From a virus, in UHGV virus genome UHGV-0383272: a stretch of DNA of 41,381 nucleotides. One strand, given 5' to 3'. The position numbers and the translations under genes were made by a program. This document shows, piece after piece, positions 26,011 to 34,616 of this stretch (the first letter of the stretch is position 1; the number at the start of each line of letters is the position of its first letter). The notes beneath the pieces are model-generated. The model ran no database searches and was not told the DNA's origin. It saw only the letters and a list, made by a program, of their open reading frames with translations.

Positions 26011-26894
26011 GCACAACTGATAGCTTCAATTATGTTGGCATTATGACGGTTCGAAATGGTAACCGGAATTCGGAAGTCATGGAAGCCCTGATCACTGAGA
26101 ATGGTAAACCATATGACCTGACAGGATGTAAAGCCTACTTTGAAGCAATTTTGACTAATGACTCTGCGGTGCAACGATCAGCAAAAATCATAGATGCGAA
26201 GAACGGTAAAGTACAGTACACGTTCGATGAGTATTCAATGCAGGCTATTCATAAACAAACGGCGAATCTAGTCTTTTACAAAGGTGATGATTTGATTGCT
26301 ACAACTCAAGACTTCACTTATTTTGTTGTTCGTGCTGTTTCAAAAACAGAAGGTGAAATGGGGTCTTATTGGCAGACCGTTGAAGATTTGATCATCGACA
26401 TGATTGCTTTCCTTAATGAAAACAAGGGTGACTTCACTGATTGGATGAATGATAGAAAGAAAGAGTTTGAGACTTGGAGCAAATATCAAAAAGAAACATT
26501 TGAATCATGGCGAGCAGGTCAAGAATCAGATTACCTTCTTTGGCTTGAATCAATCAAAGACATTCTGAAAGGGATTGATCCCGGTGGAACAATGTTGGCG
26601 GAGTTGATGGATGCTCGTGTGGATATTCAAGGAACACGGCACAATTCTATTTCGGAACGATTGTTGGCTGATGCAGATTACTTATATCAAAAACTCAGAG
26701 CTGCCCTTTTCACAATTGAATATGGTGAAATCGAAGTTGTGGACATTTTACAGGATGATCTATTCTCAGATAATCACGAAGTCGAAAAAGTCAGCTCGAT
26801 TAATTACCCAATCGAAGAAGGTGCACTGGTGATTGCAACTGTCGATGATCCTAAGCAGAACGTATTCACTCTTGAGAAAGTTGGGGTGATTTAA
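25986..26894 (+). CDS. baseplate upper protein (BppU-like) / fibre adaptor
   Basis: 302 aa; ends ...FTLEKVGVI, the shared C-terminal junction motif. Confidence 0.45.
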   Translation: MAKWNVSLSTTDSFNYVGIMTVRNGNRNSEVMEALITENGKPYDLTGCKAYFEAILTNDSAVQRSAKIIDAKNGKVQYTFDEYSMQAIHKQTANLVFYKGDDLIATTQDFTYFVVRAVSKTEGEMGSYWQTVEDLIIDMIAFLNENKGDFTDWMNDRKKEFETWSKYQKETFESWRAGQESDYLLWLESIKDILKGIDPGGTMLAELMDARVDIQGTRHNSISERLLADADYLYQKLRAALFTIEYGEIEVVDILQDDLFSDNHEVEKVSSINYPIEEGALVIATVDDPKQNVFTLEKVGVI

Positions 26895-26896
26895 GA

Positions 26897-27694
26897 ATGG
26901 CTAAGTCAAAACGAATGATGGAAACCGATGAGAAAACGGGTGTCCAACGGCAGTTCTTTCCAATTACTCACATCTCAGCAGTTATCGGACTTGAAAAAAT
27001 CATTTCTGGTCAATCGAAAGTGTTGTCAGTAAATGGGAAAATTGGGGCGGTAGTTATTACCAAAGAAGATCTTGGTCTTGGCAATGTCATAACTGAATTG
27101 CCCTACGCCAATGAGATGGAAGACGGAATCATCACTGCTGAAATGTATCAGAAGATTTTAAATTCTGGGGCAGGTGATTACGTGCTGCCGATCGCTGGCA
27201 TTGATAAGCTCGGTGGGGTAAAAATCGGTGATCTGTTGACCATTGATGAAACAGGGAAGCTATCCGCTATAAAGCAAACTGACTACAACTTTACTCTTGA
27301 AATGAAGCAGAAGCTTGATTTTCTTCAGAATTATTCTGCAGGTCAAAATATCAACATCGATGCAGATGGAGTTATCAGTGCAGTGATTGAGCCCGGCCAA
27401 GAGTACAATCTGCCAACAGCATCGGCTGAAGAAAAAGGTGGCATTAAGATTGGTAATCGCTTGAGTATTGATGAAGATGGGACTCTAAGTGCTGATCCAC
27501 AATTTAACTATACAGCCGGTGCAAATATCAGCATCAGTAACACTGGTGTGATTTCTGCAACTGGCAGTGGAGAAGGTGGCGGAGTGAGCCAAGAATATGT
27601 CGATCAAAAGGCAAGCGAAGCCTATCAAAACGCCAAAGCTTATGCAGACTCTAAGATTCCGAGTATGACGTTCGAAAAGGTAGGGGAGGTTTAA
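26897..27694 (+). CDS. tail fibre protein with internal beta-helix-like repeats
   Basis: Repeats KLGGVKIGDLLTIDETGKLSA and EKGGIKIGNRLSIDEDGTLSA; ends MTFEKVGEV. Confidence 0.5.
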   Translation: MAKSKRMMETDEKTGVQRQFFPITHISAVIGLEKIISGQSKVLSVNGKIGAVVITKEDLGLGNVITELPYANEMEDGIITAEMYQKILNSGAGDYVLPIAGIDKLGGVKIGDLLTIDETGKLSAIKQTDYNFTLEMKQKLDFLQNYSAGQNINIDADGVISAVIEPGQEYNLPTASAEEKGGIKIGNRLSIDEDGTLSADPQFNYTAGANISISNTGVISATGSGEGGGVSQEYVDQKASEAYQNAKAYADSKIPSMTFEKVGEV

Positions 27695-27698
27695 ATAA

Positions 27699-28058
27699 AT
27701 GACAGATATTGTAAAAGTGAAACAGGATGGGGCGCAGGTCTATCCTCAATCACATTGGGAGGCAATCGAAGGCAAACCCACATTACTCAAAGGAGATAAA
27801 GGTGATCCGGGAAATGCCGCCACAATAACAGTAGGAACCGTAACAAGTGGAACGACTGCTTCAGTTACCAATGCAGGTACGATTTCAGCTGCAAAGTTCA
27901 ACTTTGTTCTTCCAAAAGGTGACAAGGGTGATCCTGGAACAAATGCTACTACAACTGCTGTTGCGACAACTTCAACAAACGGACTGATGTCGGCTGCGGA
28001 TAAGACTAAGTTAGACGGATTAAACAATATTACATTTGAGAAAGTAGGCGAAGTTTAA
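27699..28058 (+). CDS. collagen-like repeat tail fibre segment
   Basis: GDKGDPG triplet repeats x2. N-terminal MTDIVKVKQDG, C-terminal ITFEKVGEV. Confidence 0.55.
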   Translation: MTDIVKVKQDGAQVYPQSHWEAIEGKPTLLKGDKGDPGNAATITVGTVTSGTTASVTNAGTISAAKFNFVLPKGDKGDPGTNATTTAVATTSTNGLMSAADKTKLDGLNNITFEKVGEV

Positions 28059-28552
28059 TGTCGGATATTGTACAACTAAAAGAAGATGGCGTTGCAAAAT
28101 ATCTAAAGACACATGCCGATGCGATTGACGGTGTGGATGGTAAATTGGTTAAAGCAACTGGAAATGAGACTATTTTAGGAGTAAAAAATTTCCAAGATGG
28201 TGTGCAGTCAAAAAGCAAAAATGTTTTGATCCAGAATGGTGAGAAGGTATATGATCACACAAGTGCCACAGACTCTTCAATCCAGTCTGGGGTAGTACGA
28301 TTCGTTCGGTACGGCGATATGGTTTTGGTTAACTTTAACTTTCAATGTCGTTCAGCAAATATTAACTCAGGTGGCAATCTGATTGGCAATTTAGAAACAG
28401 ATATTATTCCTGCTTATTCGATTCAGGTTGATGTTACTGAAGATAAAGCATTGACTATTGATGCATCAGGTAAAATTACCGCTCTTTGGGGATTAGATGC
28501 TAATAAGTATTACGCAGGATCTGCAATGTATTTTGCGAAGAACAAACTTTAG
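28058..28552 (+). CDS. putative receptor-binding protein (distal fibre module)
   Basis: N-terminal MSDIVQLKEDG is paralogous to the 27699 N-terminus; the C-terminal domain is unique. Confidence 0.45.
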   Translation: MSDIVQLKEDGVAKYLKTHADAIDGVDGKLVKATGNETILGVKNFQDGVQSKSKNVLIQNGEKVYDHTSATDSSIQSGVVRFVRYGDMVLVNFNFQCRSANINSGGNLIGNLETDIIPAYSIQVDVTEDKALTIDASGKITALWGLDANKYYAGSAMYFAKNKL

Positions 28553-28563
28553 GGGGATAGACA

Positions 28564-28938
28564 ATGAAAACAATTTATAAAGTGTTGTATCCATTAGGAT
28601 ATGAGCCGCACGAAGTGGAAGATGGCTTTCCAGTAGTTTTACCTTTTGTTGAAGTTAAACCGCTAGAAGGACTAAAAAATGTTCAATCTCAATTCTACAA
28701 TTTTGCAGAGAAGAAATGGGAAGAAGCAGTCACACAAGATTATTCGAAGAAAATTGAATTATTGGAAAACATTTCTGCTGGGCTTCAAGTTGATAACACT
28801 GCTCTAAAAGAATCAAATGCGGTACTAACTGCTAAAACTGATTCGATGGCGCAACTTAATGCCAAATTAATGCTGAATGATGTCGCAATCAATAAAGAAA
28901 TTGAAACGCTAAAAACGCAAATCGGAGGTGCTGAATAA
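28564..28938 (+). CDS. hypothetical tail or lysis-proximal protein
   Basis: 124 aa, coiled-coil C-terminus. Confidence 0.4.
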   Translation: MKTIYKVLYPLGYEPHEVEDGFPVVLPFVEVKPLEGLKNVQSQFYNFAEKKWEEAVTQDYSKKIELLENISAGLQVDNTALKESNAVLTAKTDSMAQLNAKLMLNDVAINKEIETLKTQIGGAE

Positions 28939-29066
28939 TGTTCACTTACACAGACGTTAAGATGATGTTTGACTGGGGATGCTTCACAACGAAGCAAGTA
29001 AGGGAGTTTGTCCCAGACTGCATTACTGAAGCACAATTTGAGCGCATTACTGGAGAAGCCTTTTAG
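28938..29066 (+). CDS. XkdX-family small protein (42 aa)
   Basis: MFTYTDVKMMFDWGCFTTKQVREFV...FERITGEAF matches the XkdX pattern; sits before the holin. Confidence 0.5.
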   Translation: MFTYTDVKMMFDWGCFTTKQVREFVPDCITEAQFERITGEAF

Positions 29067-29105
29067 GCTTATTTTTTTAGCCTCGTTTTCGGACGAGGCT
29101 TTTCA
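29056..29105 (+). terminator. tandem rho-independent terminators
   Basis: AAGCC-UUUUA-GGCUU then a U-run, followed by AGCCUCGU-UUUCGG-ACGAGGCU then UUUC. Confidence 0.5.
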
Positions 29106-29128
29106 ATTCTAAGGAAGGGTGGTACAAA

Positions 29129-29515
29129 TTGGTGATTTTAGACAACGGAGTTTTACTACATGAATTTAAGAATTTGTTGAGTAATGGATATTTACAGGTT
29201 TTTGTATGGCTTGTTTTTGGGGATATCGTAACTGGATTGTGCAAAGGTTTTTTTGTCAAAGAAGGGAATAGTACGAAAGGATTACTAGGAATTGTTAAGC
29301 ATCTATTAGTTATTTGTTTAGTAATTGTTGCTTATCCATATTTAAAAATAATGGGATTTGAAGCAATTGCGACAAGCTTTGTATTCTTCTACATTGCAGT
29401 TTATGGTATTTCAATTGTCGAAAACTTAGGGCAACTAGGCGTGCCTTTTCCTGATTGGATAAAAGATAGATTTTCTAAATTGAAAGATACAACCGAAAAG
29501 AAGGAGGAAAAATAA
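29129..29515 (+). CDS. holin (toxin-secretion/phage-lysis holin family-like, 3 TM)
   Basis: 128 aa, three hydrophobic helices, charged C-terminus, directly upstream of the endolysin. Confidence 0.65.
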   Translation: MVILDNGVLLHEFKNLLSNGYLQVFVWLVFGDIVTGLCKGFFVKEGNSTKGLLGIVKHLLVICLVIVAYPYLKIMGFEAIATSFVFFYIAVYGISIVENLGQLGVPFPDWIKDRFSKLKDTTEKKEEK

Positions 29516-29516
29516 G

Positions 29517-30590
29517 ATGGCGTTAAACGGAATTGATATTGCAAGCTGGCAATCAGGAATCAATGTTGGAGCAAATGGTGTAGCAGCGGATTTTGTCATT
29601 ATCAAAGCGACCGGTGGTACTGGTTATGTGAACCCTGATTGTGACCGTGCGTTTCAACAAGCGATCAAAAGTGGGAAGAAAGTTGCTGTGTATCATTATG
29701 CGCATGAACTAGGCTTTCAAGGAACAGCACAACAAGAAGCAGATTTCTTTTTGAAGAATGTTCAAGGATATATCGGAAAGGCTATTCTCGTTTTAGATTG
29801 GGAATCTGACAATAAAGGTGATGTCGCATGGGCGAAAGCTTGGTTAGATCATGTACAAAGTAAGACGGGTGTGAAACCTTTGTTTTATACGTATACAGCC
29901 GTTCTAAACAGTTACAACTTTAGTAGCATTGCGAATGCTGATTATGGTTTGTGGGTAGCTAATTACGGATCTGATGCGCCACAAGGTTACTCTCAGCCCA
30001 ATCCGCCAGCTTCTCCTTACTGGAAATCGACAGCGATGTATCAATACACATCAAATGGTCGATTGAACGGTTGGGGTGGCCGATTAGATTTGAATGTATT
30101 CTACGGTGATAAAAAGGCTTGGGACGCATACGCTGGAGTCAAATCATCTGGTAGCACGCAAAAACCAAGCACTCCCGCTCCTTCTAAACCTTCAGTAGAT
30201 CCAACGACAGCTGGTGGAGGATACTCGATTCTTCAAGATCCTAAGTTTCCACAAAACAAAGCTCATTTAGATCGTTTTGGACCAGTGGGAACTAAGCTCG
30301 TTGTAGAAGGTTGGCACACAACAGTTTCTAATCACGAGTTTATCATCATTATGGATCGAGTGAAAAACAAAGAACTGGCTAGAAAAGAAGTGAAGCCAAT
30401 TGCTCGTCCAGATGTCAAAAAAGCATTCGGGTTGTCTTATGATCAAGTCGGATTCAAAACAGAATTTGACCTAGCTCCGCTTAAAGGACATTCAGTCATT
30501 GTGCTGATGCGTGCTACAAACGATCCAAAAGGTAACACAGCTGGTGGCTTCCAAGATTTCTATGAAACTCGCTGGTATCACGATATTTAA
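29517..30590 (+). CDS. endolysin: GH25 muramidase with C-terminal cell-wall-binding domain
   Basis: N-terminal GIDIASWQSG...VAVYHYAH GH25 signature; 357 aa. Confidence 0.8.
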   Translation: MALNGIDIASWQSGINVGANGVAADFVIIKATGGTGYVNPDCDRAFQQAIKSGKKVAVYHYAHELGFQGTAQQEADFFLKNVQGYIGKAILVLDWESDNKGDVAWAKAWLDHVQSKTGVKPLFYTYTAVLNSYNFSSIANADYGLWVANYGSDAPQGYSQPNPPASPYWKSTAMYQYTSNGRLNGWGGRLDLNVFYGDKKAWDAYAGVKSSGSTQKPSTPAPSKPSVDPTTAGGGYSILQDPKFPQNKAHLDRFGPVGTKLVVEGWHTTVSNHEFIIIMDRVKNKELARKEVKPIARPDVKKAFGLSYDQVGFKTEFDLAPLKGHSVIVLMRATNDPKGNTAGGFQDFYETRWYHDI

Positions 30591-30653
30591 TAGAAACCTC
30601 TGAAGAAATATCTCCTCTGTAGCAAAAATAGTGGAGAAGGAGGCGATGGAGAC

Positions 30654-30839
30654 ATGTCAAAATTTGTGACTCAAGGAGAGCTAAAAACTGAACTTGAACT
30701 TCTAGAATCGAAAATAGACAATAAATTCCTTGACTTGAAGCTGGAATTAAAAAATCAACAATCTCTCAACGTTAGATGGATGATTGGCACTGCAATAGCT
30801 TTAGCCGGCGTTATTATTGCAGCGATAAAACTGTTGTAA
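30654..30839 (+). CDS. XhlA-like small membrane protein
   Basis: 61 aa, coiled-coil N-terminus plus C-terminal TM (WMIGTAIALAGVIIAAIKLL). Confidence 0.5.
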   Translation: MSKFVTQGELKTELELLESKIDNKFLDLKLELKNQQSLNVRWMIGTAIALAGVIIAAIKLL

Positions 30840-30884
30840 ACAAGATTAATCCAGCACATATAAAAGGATTCAAATACTAAAAGC

Positions 30885-30929
30885 AAACACCCTCTACAGC
30901 CTTAGGTGGTTGTGGAGGGTGTTTTTTTG
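30885..30929. terminator. bidirectional rho-independent terminator between the lysis cassette and the minus-strand moron cluster
   Basis: 15-bp stem (30887-30901 with 30908-30922), loop UUAGGU, U-runs on both strands. Confidence 0.55.
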
Positions 30930-30936
30930 GTTTTAA

Positions 30937-31437
30937 TTAGTTTTCTAATTGCCACCAAGATTTTGCACGTTGATCGACATTTTTTAATCGAACTGTTTTT
31001 GCTTTGTTGGAATTTATGAACTCTGGATCCCAGTCTGATTTGATTGCGTATCCTTTATCTCCGTCAGTCATATCGGCTTTTACACTAATGCCAACGTTAG
31101 AGAAATTTTTAAGACTCTTTTTGTTTAATATTTTAACTGTTTGAATGACTTGGTCTTTAGCATAGTTCATTCCGTTAGCATCAGCATCAAGAGTAATCTG
31201 AACCGTATAGTTTCCTTTTTCTGTGTATGATCCATTCACTTCTAAAATATTCAAAGCATGAGTTTGTTTTTTTAGATACTTCTTAATTGATTTATTTGAA
31301 TTGAGGGGTGTTTTTTTCTTTGCAGCATAAGCTACATTAGCATGTTGAGAACCGATATTGTAATCAGTATTTAGAGCAACACAGCCTAAAAGACTACTGT
31401 ATAAAATGATTGCACTGTATTTTATTATCCTTTTCAA
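30937..31437 (-). CDS. secreted lipoprotein (moron; candidate superinfection-exclusion or surface protein)
   Basis: Signal peptide MKRIIKYSAIILYSSLLGC with lipobox LLGC; own transcription unit on the opposite strand. Confidence 0.6.
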   Translation of the reverse strand: MKRIIKYSAIILYSSLLGCVALNTDYNIGSQHANVAYAAKKKTPLNSNKSIKKYLKKQTHALNILEVNGSYTEKGNYTVQITLDADANGMNYAKDQVIQTVKILNKKSLKNFSNVGISVKADMTDGDKGYAIKSDWDPEFINSNKAKTVRLKNVDQRAKSWWQLEN

Positions 31438-31499
31438 AACAAAACCTTCTTTCGTTAAAATAATTAATTCATTATTATTTTAACATCCAGAATAGAAAA

Positions 31500-31754
31500 T
31501 TAAACTGATAATTTTTCGAACTCTATCATTATCTTTGTTTTACCAAGCACGCCGTATTTTTTCACGATAAATTGTTTCCTAGAATTGTATTCACCAGCAA
31601 TAGCAATTTGCATACCATTTTCCACATCAGCTAAAAAATTTAAGGAATGACTAGCTATCAAACAAGGTTGATCATCCAACTTAAAATAGACTAAAGGACG
31701 TTCGGAAAGCTTCAATATTTTAATACTACTCACTAAACCACTCATGCTCATCAT
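31500..31754 (-). CDS. hypothetical protein
   Basis: 84 aa, overlaps the upstream ORF by 29 nt. Confidence 0.35.
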   Translation of the reverse strand: MMSMSGLVSSIKILKLSERPLVYFKLDDQPCLIASHSLNFLADVENGMQIAIAGEYNSRKQFIVKKYGVLGKTKIMIEFEKLSV

Positions 31755-31938
31755 TTAAACCACTCCCATATCTAAGAATATATAAATCGAAATTGTGAAA
31801 ACCGTTAGCTTTCTTGCAGTAAAACTCAAAACATTTTTCACCGACTTCAAAAATACTGTTTGGTCCAAAATCCCACAATAAGTCTTGTAATGTAGAAAAA
31901 GGTATATAGCCTTGTTCGTAGAGCAAAATAGGGTTCAT
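31726..31938 (-). CDS. hypothetical protein
   Basis: 70 aa, ATGA-coupled to the upstream YolD-like gene. Confidence 0.35.
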   Translation of the reverse strand: MNPILLYEQGYIPFSTLQDLLWDFGPNSIFEVGEKCFEFYCKKANGFHNFDLYILRYGSGLNDEHEWFSE

Positions 31939-32333
31939 TTCAGCTCACTCCATTTGTGCCAGTCGTACAACTCTACATGTCGTATTTCATCGTAATCTAC
32001 TTTTTGATCATCAATGTAGATTCCTAATTCGTCATAGCCTTTTATCATACCTACCACATCATCTAAATATTTACCTTCCATATCTAGCTGTTCTAGCTGA
32101 ATTGCGACAGGGCGTCTTTTTAAGCGAGCATGCTCTAAAACGTGTTGTATTTCGTGAGGGTACATCTGTGGCTTTTGTTCATTGACTCGTGATCGTTCAG
32201 CAACATCTTTTTGCATTGCTGCAGTGTGATCGGATAAAAAGAATCCTGTCAACCATTTCAACATGCCCCTATCCTCATAAACGCTTTTGGCCTCTAAAAA
32301 AAGCTTTTCTGCTGACTCATCATCATAAATCAT
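31935..32333 (-). CDS. YolD-like protein candidate (UmuD-analogue family); start set to the internal ATG with SD gaggtgaagg
   Basis: RGMLKW...SDHTAAMQ...KPQMYPHEIQ... pattern, recalled from the YolD-like family from memory, not verified. Confidence 0.4.
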   Translation of the reverse strand: MIYDDESAEKLFLEAKSVYEDRGMLKWLTGFFLSDHTAAMQKDVAERSRVNEQKPQMYPHEIQHVLEHARLKRRPVAIQLEQLDMEGKYLDDVVGMIKGYDELGIYIDDQKVDYDEIRHVELYDWHKWSELK

Positions 32334-32404
32334 AACCTTCACCTCATCGACATTATACGAACGTATGTTCTGGTTGTAAAGCGAACAAATTATTAAGAAT
32401 GAAA

Positions 32405-32621
32405 TGACCATACTTTGACCATATATAATAGAAGAAACTAGAATAATCTAGAACTTCGAATTGAAGAATAAACTTCGACATGGTTGCATTTGAGTCTATC
32501 TAGAATAGGTTAGGACTACCCTAGATAGACTATGCAAAATAATTACAAGGTGCTAAATTCCTTTATATCAAGGGGTTTAGCGCTTCTTTTTTTGTTTTGA
32601 CCATACTTTTGACCATACTAT
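32405..32621. other. attP region: two tandem pairs of TGACCATAC(T) arm-type repeats flanking a 10-bp inverted repeat with 17-nt spacer
   Basis: Repeats at 32405-32424 and 32598-32621. Inverted repeat GTCTATCTAG ... CTAGATAGAC at 32494-32530. Lies immediately downstream of the int stop. Confidence 0.4.
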
Positions 32622-33773
32622 TTAAAAGTTGATGTATTTCGCGAATTTTTCAGCAGATTTTTCTTGCTGATTTTTTGTTACGTGGGAGTAAATTTCGAGG
32701 GTTGTTCTGGCGTTGCTATGACCTAATCTATATTGAACTTCTTGAATGGACAAGCCCGCTTCAAACAGAAGGCTGCAATGAGTGTGTCTAAGTCCATGAA
32801 CTTTTATATCTTCAAAATTGTTAGCCTTACATATTCTAGATAAAATGCGGTTTATTCTTGCGTGATCTAGAATTTGATTTGACTTGCTAGAAAAAACCAA
32901 TTGATTGGGAGCTAAGGAATTACTACCATAACTCAATAAATATTTTCTTTGATCGATTCGCCATTTTTTTAAAATTTTGATTGTTTCATTGTCTAAGGAG
33001 ATTCGGCGATTCGAGCTATGATTTTTAGGATCGGTAATTATAGGTCGACCATTATAATTTCTTGCTGCAGTTTTATTAATGTCTAAGGTTTTATTATCGA
33101 AATCTAAATCGTTCCATGTTAATGCTAAGAGTTCTCCTTTACGTATTCCTGTAAAAGACAGAAGTCTAAATAAAGGATATGTTAAAGGGTAGCTATCCTC
33201 AGAGCAACATTTTAGGAATCGTTCAAGTTCTTCCTTTTCGAAGAATTTCTTTTCTTTGATTACCTCCTTCTTTTTCTTTGGAACAGGCACATGTTCCATA
33301 GGGTTATCATCTATAAGACGTAGTTCTTTTGCGTAGTTAAAGACAGCCGATGTGTAAGAACGAATAGCTTTGTAAGTTTTGTACTCCTGATACCATTCAT
33401 TAACAATATTTTGGCAATAAGGAATATTAATCTTGGAAATTCTTTTTTCTTTAAAGTGTGGCAGTATATTGCTTTGGAAGATAGTATACACTCTACTGTA
33501 TGAACTTTCTTTCACTGTATTTTTGTAACTTTTGAGCCATTTGTCAGCAACTTCTCCAAAAGTCATATTTGATTGCGGCGTGTACTTATTATCTTTAGCT
33601 TGAAGTTCCAACTTTGCTAAAGCTAGTTTTGCCTCCTTTTTTGTTTTAAAACCTCTTTTTGTTGTGTACTGCTTTTTTCCAGTTAAGGGATTAATACCTA
33701 GATATGTTTTGAAATACCATGCTTTATCTCCGTTTTTCTTCTGGTATTGTTTTATCATTGCCATGTGACTCAC
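32622..33773 (-). CDS. int: tyrosine recombinase / phage integrase
   Basis: C-terminal HGLRHTHCSLL...LGHSNARTTLEIYSHVT (R-H-R-Y catalytic motifs); 383 aa. Confidence 0.85.
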   Translation of the reverse strand: MSHMAMIKQYQKKNGDKAWYFKTYLGINPLTGKKQYTTKRGFKTKKEAKLALAKLELQAKDNKYTPQSNMTFGEVADKWLKSYKNTVKESSYSRVYTIFQSNILPHFKEKRISKINIPYCQNIVNEWYQEYKTYKAIRSYTSAVFNYAKELRLIDDNPMEHVPVPKKKKEVIKEKKFFEKEELERFLKCCSEDSYPLTYPLFRLLSFTGIRKGELLALTWNDLDFDNKTLDINKTAARNYNGRPIITDPKNHSSNRRISLDNETIKILKKWRIDQRKYLLSYGSNSLAPNQLVFSSKSNQILDHARINRILSRICKANNFEDIKVHGLRHTHCSLLFEAGLSIQEVQYRLGHSNARTTLEIYSHVTKNQQEKSAEKFAKYINF

Positions 33774-33788
33774 TCCTCTTATTTTCGT

Positions 33789-34103
33789 TTATGGAATTTC
33801 CAGTTCTGCCATAGAATCATCAAAATTTTCTACATAGTCATTTTCAGCAAAAAAATCTAACCATATTTGATACCCATTAAATTTAGGAACGCCTTTGTGT
33901 GTTTTGATTTGCTCGTAGGCGTTTTTCACAACATCAGCCCACATTGACTCTACTTGACGCTCCATTTGTCTATCAGTCCACTTTTTTGTTTTTCCGGTTC
34001 TCTTTTTATTCTTTTCCTTTCGTGACTCCATAGCCTTAATAATAAAGATTTCATGCCCACGAGTATTTTGTTCTAACCATTCTTTGAATTCTTGGTGTTG
34101 CAT
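33789..34103 (-). CDS. hypothetical lysogeny-module protein
   Basis: 104 aa, between int and the ImmA-like gene. Confidence 0.45.
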   Translation of the reverse strand: MQHQEFKEWLEQNTRGHEIFIIKAMESRKEKNKKRTGKTKKWTDRQMERQVESMWADVVKNAYEQIKTHKGVPKFNGYQIWLDFFAENDYVENFDDSMAELEIP

Positions 34104-34172
34104 TTTTATTGCTCCTTTCGAATGTATGTTCGGTAAAAATGATAAAAAATTAATAATAGCTTTAATAGCTAT

Positions 34173-34601
34173 TTATAGATACCTTATTAATTCGTGAGGT
34201 AAACCAAAATAATCCATAATTTGAAACTCTGTTAATCCATTTAAGTCATCTTTGTCTTGCATATAAATTAATAGTTTCATAGCGAGAGAATTTGCTTCAC
34301 ACTCCATTTTGGAAATAAATGAATCCAAACCAACTGATCGATAAAATGGGGTAGTAGAACCTCCATGCATTTTTATATGGCTAAATTCATGAAGGATGAC
34401 GAATTTTTGATACCATTCGGGCCAATTCACATTCACAATAATTGTGTGACAACGATGACTAGTTAGAGTGCAACCACCCGTTTCATCATCTAAATCTGCA
34501 TAAAATAATTTGCAATGAGCCTCTCGTATTAATTCATAGACGTTGAAGGGCCGATATTTCTTAATAATTTTATCAAACGCATCGTCTACGTAGTAACTCA
34601 T
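34173..34601 (-). CDS. ImmA/IrrE-family zinc metallopeptidase (anti-repressor protease)
   Basis: HEFSHIKMH (HExxH) motif, located immediately downstream of the XRE repressor. Confidence 0.7.
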   Translation of the reverse strand: MSYYVDDAFDKIIKKYRPFNVYELIREAHCKLFYADLDDETGGCTLTSHRCHTIIVNVNWPEWYQKFVILHEFSHIKMHGGSTTPFYRSVGLDSFISKMECEANSLAMKLLIYMQDKDDLNGLTEFQIMDYFGLPHELIRYL

Positions 34602-34616
34602 ATAAGGCCCTCCTAA

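Noticed and set aside
32504-32520. GGTTAGG in the attP inverted-repeat spacer matching the ori pentamer repeats; also the EKV-stop junction at 4568 resembling the fibre junction at 28040
   Set aside because: Short matches of 7-12 nt; chance similarity cannot be excluded and no mechanistic link is evident.
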